Virus record (IMG/VR): IMGVR_UViG_3300045988_030933
Span: 1-18,188 of that record
Length of the DNA: 18,188 nt
Source: a virus
Strand: one strand, 5' to 3'
How positions within the stretch are numbered: position 1 is the stretch's first letter; every line of letters begins with the position of its first letter. Below are positions 6,905-13,949 of the stretch, piece by piece. The position numbers and the translations under genes were made by a program. The notes under the pieces are model-generated. The model was given only the letters and a program-made list of their open reading frames with translations. It was not told where the DNA came from and did not search any database.

Positions 6905-7845
6905 CGTTCGTCTTCCTCCTTGTTTCCGTCCACGTCCAGTAGACCGCCGGACGTGGTATCATTCCATTCGATGCCGATAGGGTATCCCGAGTCGGCCATT
7001 TGCGGCCACAGGCGGTTAATCGTATCGCACGCCTGCTGCCTTGCTTTGAGATAGCTTAGGCGGAAAACGTTCGTACGGCTATTGCCTGCCGTCACTTCCG
7101 ATTCGAGCAGTCGCTCCTTCTTTTCGGTTGTCGAGTTGTCAATTCCAAGATAATTGACGAGTTCATTCCACACCTGCGTTTTCGTCGTGATGATCTTATC
7201 AGCCAAAAAGGGGGTGACGTTGGGGAAGGTCTGGAACATGCCGGTAATGTCCGCCGAATCGTACGTGTAAATATAGGGGTCACCGTCTTCTCGCGCTTTC
7301 ATCAAATTCTGCGCGGTGAGCTTGTTGGTTTCAGACGTGGCGATAATCAACGGAACGCTAATGTTATCCAGATTGACGTCTAAGGCGCGGTCTGCGACGG
7401 CAAGTCGTGTCGCATAATTCCACATGACGTCAATCATGGTGCACCTGAGCTGATTATCCCAAATGGGCACGCATTCCTTGCTCCCGATCTGCGAGTGGGA
7501 ATAATTCGTCGCCACGGGCTGAAACGATGTCGGATTATTGTAGTTATTGACGCCACCGATGTTGCCGGAAGTGACCATAAAACGGTTGACCCCCTTGCGT
7601 TTATCGGGGAAAAACAGCGCGAGACCGTTTTCGAACAGCGTCAATTCCAAATATCTTTCGTCAATGTACGGCGGGAGGTTAATCCACTTAAACCGACTTA
7701 CGGCCAGCATTTCAATAAGCTTCATATACTGGTTGATACGTAAGCTTTGCCGCATTTCGGGGAGGTTCAGGTTACCCCACATCGAACCCAAGACGCTCTG
7801 ATTGTCCCAGTGCGCGGCCTTGCGAGCATTATTGCGTTTACCCAT
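6901..7845 (-). CDS. Portal / upper collar connector (phi29 gp10-like)
   Basis: 314 aa from MGKRNNARK. RFKWINLPPYIDERYLE and VWNELVNYLGIDNSTTEKKERLLESEVT...YLKARQQACDTINRLW align closely with recalled phi29 gp10 (FEWENLPPTIN..., [28 protein letters not shown]...REEACEKINELY). The ORF-track start at 7881 lies in the loop of the upstream terminator hairpin, so the ATG at 7845 with an AGGACGG RBS is preferred. Confidence 0.9.
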   Translation of the reverse strand: MGKRNNARKAAHWDNQSVLGSMWGNLNLPEMRQSLRINQYMKLIEMLAVSRFKWINLPPYIDERYLELTLFENGLALFFPDKRKGVNRFMVTSGNIGGVNNYNNPTSFQPVATNYSHSQIGSKECVPIWDNQLRCTMIDVMWNYATRLAVADRALDVNLDNISVPLIIATSETNKLTAQNLMKAREDGDPYIYTYDSADITGMFQTFPNVTPFLADKIITTKTQVWNELVNYLGIDNSTTEKKERLLESEVTAGNSRTNVFRLSYLKARQQACDTINRLWPQMADSGYPIGIEWNDTTSGGLLDVDGNKEEDER

Positions 7846-7856
7846 AATCACCGTCC

Positions 7857-7893
7857 TAAAAATAATGGAGAGAGTTACCATGCTCTCTCCATT
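7857..7893 (-). terminator. Intrinsic terminator between tail-knob and portal genes
   Basis: On the minus strand AATGGAGAGAG-catggtaa-CTCTCTCCATT forms an 11-bp perfect stem. It is followed by ATTTTTAGGACGG. Confidence 0.7.
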
Positions 7894-7901
7894 ATATCCA
7901 A

Positions 7902-10142
7902 TCAGTACGAGATACCGGCCAGTGGCGCATTGTCCGCATAGTCGGTGACGCCGATCTTGTCGGGGTCAGTCCATACGGTCACGCCGGACTCAAAAATACC
8001 CTTGACGGTCAATCGGTATTCTTCCGGACACGTCGAGCTACGCACATACAACTCGTGCAATTTCCAATACGTGAAATTGCTCATGGCCATAAGATTCTGC
8101 GGCAATTGCATAAATCGCTGCACATAGTAGCCGTACCTTAACCACACTTCCCCGATGGCCTGCATGGCTGCGGGTGGAATCTGCCGGAAACGTACCATGA
8201 CGCCGATCAGCCCATTGGCCAAATTGAATGCGTCACCGCCCAACGCGCCGGACGTGGTAGGGGGCACTGTCTGTGTCTGCTGCACTTGGGCGTTGATGCC
8301 GGCGATCGTGTTTTCATAATCGCCTTGCGCCGTGGCCTGCGCAAGCTGTTTGTTCATATCGGCTAGCTGCATGGTCTGCTGGTTGCCCAGGTTGGTTTGC
8401 GCAAGTGAGTAGGCGTTAGCCTGTGAGGTGGTTGCGGCATTGGTGGCAAACGTGTTCGAAAGTGCTTGACTATTGCTGGATACACTATTGTCATAACTTT
8501 GCTGGTTCGCCCATGCGCCAATGGCGGTTCCCGCAATAGCGCCCACCGCACCCCCCACATTGCCGGATGCGAGCGAGCCGATGGCGTTGGCGGCACCTGA
8601 CCCTACCGTGTTGATCTGGTTCATACGATTGCTGAAACTCAGGTTTTTCAAGGTCAGATCGGAGGACATTTGAGCGCTTTGATTGTTGATCGACATCATG
8701 GCATTGCGGTTCGCGGTGCCGAGCTTGTTTTGCTCGCTCGCATACTGCGTTCCGACTTGTGCTTGGGCGTAGGCGTTGTTGATGCCCATCTGGGTTTTCT
8801 GATACCCCCAATCCGCGCTTTGCCGTGCGTATTGGCGTGTGTAGGCACTGTTCGCAAGCGCCAAGGCTGACCCGTTGTTGACGGACATGAACGTTGGAAA
8901 ATTGGTGATGCCAAATGATGCGTTCAGCATTTCGCCCGTATCGATCGGCAATCCCTTGCCGTCCGGCAATGGTTGGCGGTCGCCCAAGTTTCCCGCATGA
9001 TATCCTCTCGCGTAAAAATTCAGGCGAGGAGACGGGGGCGCATAATTCCATGTCTCCCTGATAATCAGGTCCGCGCTCGGTATCTGCTCAGGCTCATACG
9101 TGATCACCGTACCATTAAGGCACGAGCATTCGACATACGCATAGGGGGCAGTAAGGAATTTCTTCAAATATTTATATCGTTCGGGCAAAGTGAAAGCGTC
9201 GCGGAAATTCTTCAGGCTGATAATGTCCGTGTAGCGTGCGTTGCTATTGTCGTTCCGCTTGCGCAGTTCCCAGCAATTTCCGGCAAAGCTGACTGAATGG
9301 CCGAACAGTTCCGTCTTTTTCGGTTGACCGTCAAGCAGGGCTTGCGGCAGATGGGGTACGGCGTAGATTCCGCAAATGCCTTGCGTGACCCATGGGGCAT
9401 TCATGCCCTCAGTGAAAAATGTGACAATATCGGCTGGAGTGTCCAAATAGTACATGCTGGTACCGTTGAGCTGGCTTTCGAAAGCGCTGCCGGTGGCGGT
9501 GTTGACTGCCGGATTGTCTTTGGTGCCCGGATCCGCTTCAAGATCGGTGGTGCTTACGATAATCAGCCCATAGGACGTAAATTTCACCCCATCACGTTCG
9601 GCCACGTCCATTAGCGGCTTCCAAGACTCATTCGTGAGCACGGTGCATTTTCCCGTGTCGAGTCCTTCGGGCAGATCGAGATAGGTTTTGCCCCAGTCTT
9701 TCCACGCGTTTTCGTTGGCAACCCCAACATGCCCCCTTTCGACGTAGGCGTTGCCCAGCTGGATATCATGTTGAAAGCTCTGCCACACGTCCAATTGGAT
9801 GTTGAGCTGTGTCGTGTTGGCGTTGATATAGTCGCATGTCTGGACGAAATAATACCAACTGCGGGGGGTATCGAAATCGTAGTCGTTCGTTGCGATCAGA
9901 TAATTATATTGCGACGCTTGGGCGAAAGGTACCGGCAGTCGTACCGGCAGTCCGTATTTGGCCATGGTGCAGTCGGTAAATTCGATGCCATTCAAACGGT
10001 CGAAATACTCTTTTTGAGACTGTCCATCCCATTTGACAATATCCCTATACCCCATATCCCATGGCACGTTGCACAGCTTGAATCGCGTGTTTGGCGTCCA
10101 TTTAGCATAGCTGAAATTGATGGGCAGATCGTTTGCGCTCAT
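7902..10142 (-). CDS. Tail knob / distal tail tube protein (phi29 gp9-like) with large low-complexity insert
   Basis: 746 aa. The N-terminal FKLCNVPWDMGYRDIVKWDGQSQKEYF resembles the gp9 N-terminal pattern. Its position between capsid and portal matches phi29. RBS is AGGAGGACTTT-ATG. Residues about 420-645 are Q/N/A/S-rich with a Gly/Ala hydrophobic core. Confidence 0.65.
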   Translation of the reverse strand: MSANDLPINFSYAKWTPNTRFKLCNVPWDMGYRDIVKWDGQSQKEYFDRLNGIEFTDCTMAKYGLPVRLPVPFAQASQYNYLIATNDYDFDTPRSWYYFVQTCDYINANTTQLNIQLDVWQSFQHDIQLGNAYVERGHVGVANENAWKDWGKTYLDLPEGLDTGKCTVLTNESWKPLMDVAERDGVKFTSYGLIIVSTTDLEADPGTKDNPAVNTATGSAFESQLNGTSMYYLDTPADIVTFFTEGMNAPWVTQGICGIYAVPHLPQALLDGQPKKTELFGHSVSFAGNCWELRKRNDNSNARYTDIISLKNFRDAFTLPERYKYLKKFLTAPYAYVECSCLNGTVITYEPEQIPSADLIIRETWNYAPPSPRLNFYARGYHAGNLGDRQPLPDGKGLPIDTGEMLNASFGITNFPTFMSVNNGSALALANSAYTRQYARQSADWGYQKTQMGINNAYAQAQVGTQYASEQNKLGTANRNAMMSINNQSAQMSSDLTLKNLSFSNRMNQINTVGSGAANAIGSLASGNVGGAVGAIAGTAIGAWANQQSYDNSVSSNSQALSNTFATNAATTSQANAYSLAQTNLGNQQTMQLADMNKQLAQATAQGDYENTIAGINAQVQQTQTVPPTTSGALGGDAFNLANGLIGVMVRFRQIPPAAMQAIGEVWLRYGYYVQRFMQLPQNLMAMSNFTYWKLHELYVRSSTCPEEYRLTVKGIFESGVTVWTDPDKIGVTDYADNAPLAGISY

Positions 10143-10152
10143 AAAGTCCTCC

Positions 10153-10191
10153 TAAAAATAATAGGTGTGGATAAAGTCTATCCACACCTAT
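10153..10191 (-). terminator. Intrinsic terminator after the major capsid gene
   Basis: On the minus strand ATAGGTGTGGATA-gactt-TATCCACACCTAT forms a 13-bp perfect stem. It is followed by TATTTTTAGGAGG, which runs into the tail-knob SD. Confidence 0.75.
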
Positions 10192-10212
10192 TTTACCGGT
10201 TGTCACCCAATG

Positions 10213-11931
10213 TCAGGCGGCGGTGACGGTGATCTGTGCCGTCCCCTCCGCTCCTGCAAACTTTGCGGTGACGTTGGCCGCTCCTGCGCCGGTTCCGGTC
10301 AATACGCCGTTAGGGGTGATGGTCGCGTGCTGGTCTACCGTCCACATGGCGAGATTGGTCACGTCCGCGGTGTTGCCGTCCGTCTTGGTGGCAATGGCCT
10401 TGAGCGCGATATGCTCGTTAACCTTGACCGCCTTTTCGCCATGAATCTCAATGGATTCGATGGCTCCCGTCTTCCAGCCGCCGAGCCAAGCGCCGACAAC
10501 CGGAACGGACAATGCGGCGGAAACCGTCTGGTCGATCTCAGGATGGGCGGGGTTGATGTAGGTTGCCTGAGCGGTTACCTTGAGGATTTCGGCGGTTTCG
10601 TCGAGGCCGCAACGCAGAATACCCCCGTTGTCGATCGAGGTGAACTGGGAGGTCGCGCCCTCAACCTTGTATTCGATGCCGACTGGCTGGAACGACGCCT
10701 CATTCTTGTTATCACTGGCAATAACGGATTCGACCTGCACGAGATCGCCACGCGACACGTTTTCGGGGGTGATGGCAGACTGTCCGTACTTGCGTACGCG
10801 CAGCGTAAATTCCGGCTTCGAGGTGGTGAGCGTATCCGGCAACGTCACGGACTCAGAGGAGCCTTCGCCCGTCCAAAACAGCACGGCATTCGCAAACGGG
10901 TTAGGGGTAATGGAACCCCTGTGCTTGTAGAAGATGTTGCGGGTTCCGTCGATGGGGTTGACGGGGGAGTTCGTCGTTTCGAGCATTTCATCCCAGCAGA
11001 AGAAGAAGTCTTCGGTGGTGAGCACGGCCTGTACCTTGCCGCCGGCACCACCGATACCGAACATATCCTCCGGAATTGGAATGATGCGGTAGGGGACGTT
11101 GACCTTGTCGATGTTAAAGGCTGCGGCCAATGCTTCGACGTTGAGCGCTGCGATCACCTGTGGCGTGGCGAAGAGGATTGCTTCGGAATCTCGCCATGGG
11201 GTAACCCACGACATGGCGTTATAGCGTGGCATGGCCGACATTGGAGACGCCTTGAGTTCGTTGGCGGTCTGCTGGATAAGGCGCAAGAGGTTTTTCGCGT
11301 CCGCTTCGGTGGAGTCAGCCGCGCCAACGTCCTTGGTGTGGACTCGATAGAAACCGCCCTTGCGCGCGTACTCGGCGAAGCACTGGGTTTTCATTAGGTA
11401 CATATCATTACGGTCAGACAAGATCGGCGCGTTCATGATTTCCGCGATATAATCCGCCATGCCGCTTTCGCCGTCGAATGCCGTCAACAGCGCATCTTCC
11501 GGGATGGTGACGGGGTAGTAGTGGTCGAAAGTAAGGGGGTGGAATACGGAAGCGGTCGGCAGCGAGTAACGTCCGTAAACGTCGTCCCCCAAGTATTCCT
11601 TGCTGAAATTGCGGGTGCGTGCCTTGACTAGGCCAACTGCGGCCTGTTCATAAGTGCTGCCGTAACGCTTGAGGGTGCGTGGGGAGCCGATCAGCTTGAG
11701 CGGGTCATCCCAGTCCGCATGTTGGATGTACAGGCCGATCAAACGCTGGATAAGCACCCCTGTGAATTCGTCGCGCAAGTACGGGAAGTTGCGCATGGTG
11801 TCCACGGCGTTACGGATGTTGCCTTGCGTGGCGCTCGGGATACGCACCTGAAACTGTGGGGAGGTTGCGTTTCGGACGGCGTTGAAGATTTCAACGTCAC
11901 CTTTACCGGCCAACGGTCGAATATTAGACAT
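10213..11931 (-). CDS. Major capsid protein with C-terminal Ig-like (Big_2-type) domains
   Basis: 572 aa placed directly after the scaffold gene, with a TAGGAGA RBS. The C-terminal part (...LKVTAQATY... and ...VLTGTGAGAANVTAKFAGAEGTAQITVTAA) has typical bacterial Ig-like group 2 endings. phi29 gp8 also carries a BIG2 domain. Confidence 0.8.
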   Translation of the reverse strand: MSNIRPLAGKGDVEIFNAVRNATSPQFQVRIPSATQGNIRNAVDTMRNFPYLRDEFTGVLIQRLIGLYIQHADWDDPLKLIGSPRTLKRYGSTYEQAAVGLVKARTRNFSKEYLGDDVYGRYSLPTASVFHPLTFDHYYPVTIPEDALLTAFDGESGMADYIAEIMNAPILSDRNDMYLMKTQCFAEYARKGGFYRVHTKDVGAADSTEADAKNLLRLIQQTANELKASPMSAMPRYNAMSWVTPWRDSEAILFATPQVIAALNVEALAAAFNIDKVNVPYRIIPIPEDMFGIGGAGGKVQAVLTTEDFFFCWDEMLETTNSPVNPIDGTRNIFYKHRGSITPNPFANAVLFWTGEGSSESVTLPDTLTTSKPEFTLRVRKYGQSAITPENVSRGDLVQVESVIASDNKNEASFQPVGIEYKVEGATSQFTSIDNGGILRCGLDETAEILKVTAQATYINPAHPEIDQTVSAALSVPVVGAWLGGWKTGAIESIEIHGEKAVKVNEHIALKAIATKTDGNTADVTNLAMWTVDQHATITPNGVLTGTGAGAANVTAKFAGAEGTAQITVTAA

Positions 11932-11951
11932 TATATTATCTCCTAACTATT

Positions 11952-12233
11952 TTAGTCGAACAAATCTTCGATGGACTCTTGCGTTTCGTCGCCGTCACCG
12001 TCATTGTCGGACGGTGCGGGGTCAGTGTATCCGAGCGTGTCCATCATGGCCTTGAGTGCGGCCAATTCCTTTTCGATCGAGTCAAGTCGCGCGCTCACGT
12101 CCGGTTCGGACGGTTCCGGTTCCCGCTCAGGCTCTTTCGGCTTGGTTCCATCATCGACGGTTTCAGTCCGCTTCTCTTCTTCGGTAGGCGGCGGGGTGGT
12201 GTTTTCGTCGCTCTCATTGTTTGGGTCTGCCAT
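11952..12233 (-). CDS. Putative scaffolding protein (gp7-like)
   Basis: 93 aa, highly acidic and P/E-rich, with a helical segment ARLDSIEKELAALKAMMDTL. It lies immediately upstream of the capsid gene and is the first gene after the late promoter. RBS is TAGGAGC. Confidence 0.55.
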   Translation of the reverse strand: MADPNNESDENTTPPPTEEEKRTETVDDGTKPKEPEREPEPSEPDVSARLDSIEKELAALKAMMDTLGYTDPAPSDNDGDGDETQESIEDLFD

Positions 12234-12268
12234 GCAAGCTCCTATCTATCGGCAATGTTTTCACCAAA

Positions 12269-12277
12269 ATTATATCA
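12269..12277 (-). promoter_or_regulatory. Late promoter, extended -10 (TGATATAAT)
   Basis: The minus strand reads TGATATAAT immediately after the terminator U-tract. It sits about 36 nt upstream of the scaffold ATG. Confidence 0.6.
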
Positions 12278-12288
12278 TGTGACGGGAG

Positions 12289-12319
12289 AAATAAAATGAC
12301 CCTCCAATCACGGAGGGTC
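12289..12319 (-). terminator. Intrinsic terminator ending the early/replication transcription unit
   Basis: On the minus strand GACCCTCC-gtgatt-GGAGGGTC forms an 8-bp GC-rich perfect stem. It is followed by ATTTTATTT. Confidence 0.8.
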
Positions 12320-12456
12320 TGAATCGTCCTATCAGAGCGCAAAAGTGATGATCGTAGGGCACTACCGCCACGATAGCGATTCCATGGTTGGCGGCATTCT
12401 CAGCCGTGGCAGTCCATCCTATGTTGCTCCCAGTCGAAAATCGACGCTCACAAGAC
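12290..12456 (-). ncRNA. Candidate structured small RNA, possible prohead/packaging RNA (pRNA) analogue
   Basis: It has its own extended -10 (12471-12463) and its own terminator (12319-12289). A 12-bp closing helix forms between 12456-12445 and 12339-12326. An internal 8-bp helix pairs 12412-12405 with 12372-12365, and further small hairpins are present. It has the same position relative to the TP and DNAP genes as the phi29 pRNA. The only ORF here (65 aa) is rich in rare-looking ATA/GGA/CGA codons and reads through the terminator and the late promoter. Confidence 0.4.
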
Positions 12457-12462
12457 ATAACT

Positions 12463-12471
12463 ATCATAGCA
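12463..12471 (-). promoter_or_regulatory. Extended -10 promoter (TGCTATGAT) for the candidate small RNA
   Basis: The minus strand reads TGCTATGAT and overlaps the DNAP stop codon. The predicted +1 at about 12456 coincides with the first base of the closing helix. Confidence 0.45.
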
Positions 12472-13915
12472 TAACCATTGTCCCGTAATCGTCCTTGACT
12501 TGCACGCCATGATGGAATTGCTCATACGGGATAGGTTGGGAGAACATGTTTCCGGACATGCAAATATCAACGTCCCCATCATCCTTCCACCCTTGATATC
12601 TATTCATTCCGAGTATGGTCAGTTTTTCGTATCGGGCTGCGATCTTCCATTTGCCCAATTCGGTAGGGTGGATTTCGCATGAGTCCACCGGCTCCCAGCC
12701 GGATAGGATGCACCCGTCCGTGTTCGCATATAAGAGCCGGTCGGAGTTCGCGTGACAGACGGTCATAAGCTTTTTTCTTGCGTAGGCATTCACCCATACG
12801 GGCACGGGGAGAAAATCGGTTTTCAGATTCGATTCCTCTCTCTGTGCGATATCCCAGTCCAAGGTGATACCGTCTTGAGATAAGGGGAGCATGACGGCAC
12901 CTTTGGGTAGACTCGCCATTTTTCCCACAAGCGCATTCATGACAAGTTTTGCCACTTGCCGTTTCTCTCCTGTAGCATTCTGTTTCAGCTCCCCCCATTC
13001 ATCGACAAACGAGCGGAAAAACCCCTTGCTTTGCCGGAATTTCCACCCCATAACATGCCTGTATACGCTCACTTCGTAATTTTCATGGAGCAGTTTTTGG
13101 TCAATGTCTGTCAATACTCTTGTAATATACCCCCTTGTGCTGGTGAGTCGATTGAGTTCATACACGCTACGATTATCTAACAGAAAGGGGTATCCGTTTG
13201 GTTTGAGTTCCGCACGAAACGTAAGTTCATCGCAATGCAACGGCATATCATCATCCTGCTCATACGCACCGTCGTAAGGTTCAGGTAGCCCCCATGGCAA
13301 CCATTCGTCTCGCAATATGCTCGGATACATCGAGTTGCAGTCAACGTCAATGGCCTTACCGTATGCCCCCTCTTTAGCAACCATAAAGCCGCCAACATAA
13401 GCGTCATGCAATGACTTTTTCGTGTCCGATTCGAGTTGCGGGAATTTGTCGTAATACCACTTCCACTCGCCGGACACAAACGCCTCCATACTCGCCCCAC
13501 CGGCTGTGATCTTGCACAGGCCGCGCCGATCGTACTCGCGCAAAATGTTGAGCAGTTGAGTATCAGTCATGGTAAGCTTGCAGTTTTCGCGCAGCAGATT
13601 CGATATGTCGAAAAAGCGTGCGGAATTCTCGCGGTCGATACGGACGGTAAAACTAAAAAATTTGCCCTTTTTGGATACTATCGCGTCCCAGCTCAAATTC
13701 GAATTGTGTTCGCTGTGGGGCAGAGAGTGTACGACATGCGCTATAAACGGGTCAAGTAGATCGGGGTTGGTCATGTAGACGGTGAGTTTGCCGCCCGCCA
13801 TGATGGACGCCAAAAGACGATTGGGTTGGATGACGTCACGCAGCACGGTGCCGTCCGTGCAGCGTATGACGTTATCCATACACCATAATCCAACTCTATT
13901 GTCGCTCACCGTCAT
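12464..13915 (-). CDS. Protein-primed family-B DNA polymerase (phi29 gp2-like), unusually short and divergent
   Basis: 483 aa. AYVGGF plus DVDCNSMYPS corresponds to motif A, KLVMNALVGK to motif B and LLYANTDGCILSG to motif C. GLCKITAGGASMEAF aligns with phi29 GLDRMTAGSDSLKGF. A TPR2-like segment is present before VWVNAYAR. RBS is AAGGGAAG. Confidence 0.9.
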   Translation of the reverse strand: MTVSDNRVGLWCMDNVIRCTDGTVLRDVIQPNRLLASIMAGGKLTVYMTNPDLLDPFIAHVVHSLPHSEHNSNLSWDAIVSKKGKFFSFTVRIDRENSARFFDISNLLRENCKLTMTDTQLLNILREYDRRGLCKITAGGASMEAFVSGEWKWYYDKFPQLESDTKKSLHDAYVGGFMVAKEGAYGKAIDVDCNSMYPSILRDEWLPWGLPEPYDGAYEQDDDMPLHCDELTFRAELKPNGYPFLLDNRSVYELNRLTSTRGYITRVLTDIDQKLLHENYEVSVYRHVMGWKFRQSKGFFRSFVDEWGELKQNATGEKRQVAKLVMNALVGKMASLPKGAVMLPLSQDGITLDWDIAQREESNLKTDFLPVPVWVNAYARKKLMTVCHANSDRLLYANTDGCILSGWEPVDSCEIHPTELGKWKIAARYEKLTILGMNRYQGWKDDGDVDICMSGNMFSQPIPYEQFHHGVQVKDDYGTMVML

Positions 13916-13949
13916 AGTATATAACTTCCCTTGTTATTGTTATTGACCG

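Noticed and set aside
7846-7881. N-terminal extension of the portal ORF (MVTLSIIFRTVI)
   Set aside because: The ATG at 7881 lies in the loop of the 11-bp terminator hairpin and has no SD. The ATG at 7845 has an AGGACGG RBS and gives MGKRNNARK, comparable to the basic N-terminus of phi29 gp10.
7891-7896. TATAAT (and TAAAAT at 10190-10195) overlapping the 5' arms of the internal terminators, as possible re-start promoters
   Set aside because: They lack the TG extension shared by the six intergenic promoters and have no -35. They are mentioned only as a possibility within the terminator finding.
10165-11397. 410-aa plus-strand ORF antisense to the capsid gene
   Set aside because: The product is R/G/V-rich and low-complexity, with no RBS. 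It is entirely antisense to a well-supported capsid gene. This is a typical shadow ORF of a GC-rich coding region. The same reasoning applies to the other plus-strand ORFs in the track, such as 1993-2487, 5523-5981, 9729-10226 and 15046-16011.
12326-12456. Possible tRNA or tmRNA-like gene in the structured intergenic region
   Set aside because: No 7-bp acceptor stem plus T-arm (GTTCRANNC-like) arrangement could be found. The GTCGA-AAA-TCGAC hairpin has only a 3-nt loop.
12270-12467. 65-aa minus-strand ORF whose ATG overlaps the DNAP stop (ATGA)
   Set aside because: It reads straight through the 8-bp GC terminator hairpin, the U-tract and the late -10 box. It has no SD. Four of its Ile codons are ATA, and it also uses GGA/CGA/AGA codons that look rare in the clearly coding genes. 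It is kept as the explicit alternative to the ncRNA call and is not fully excluded.
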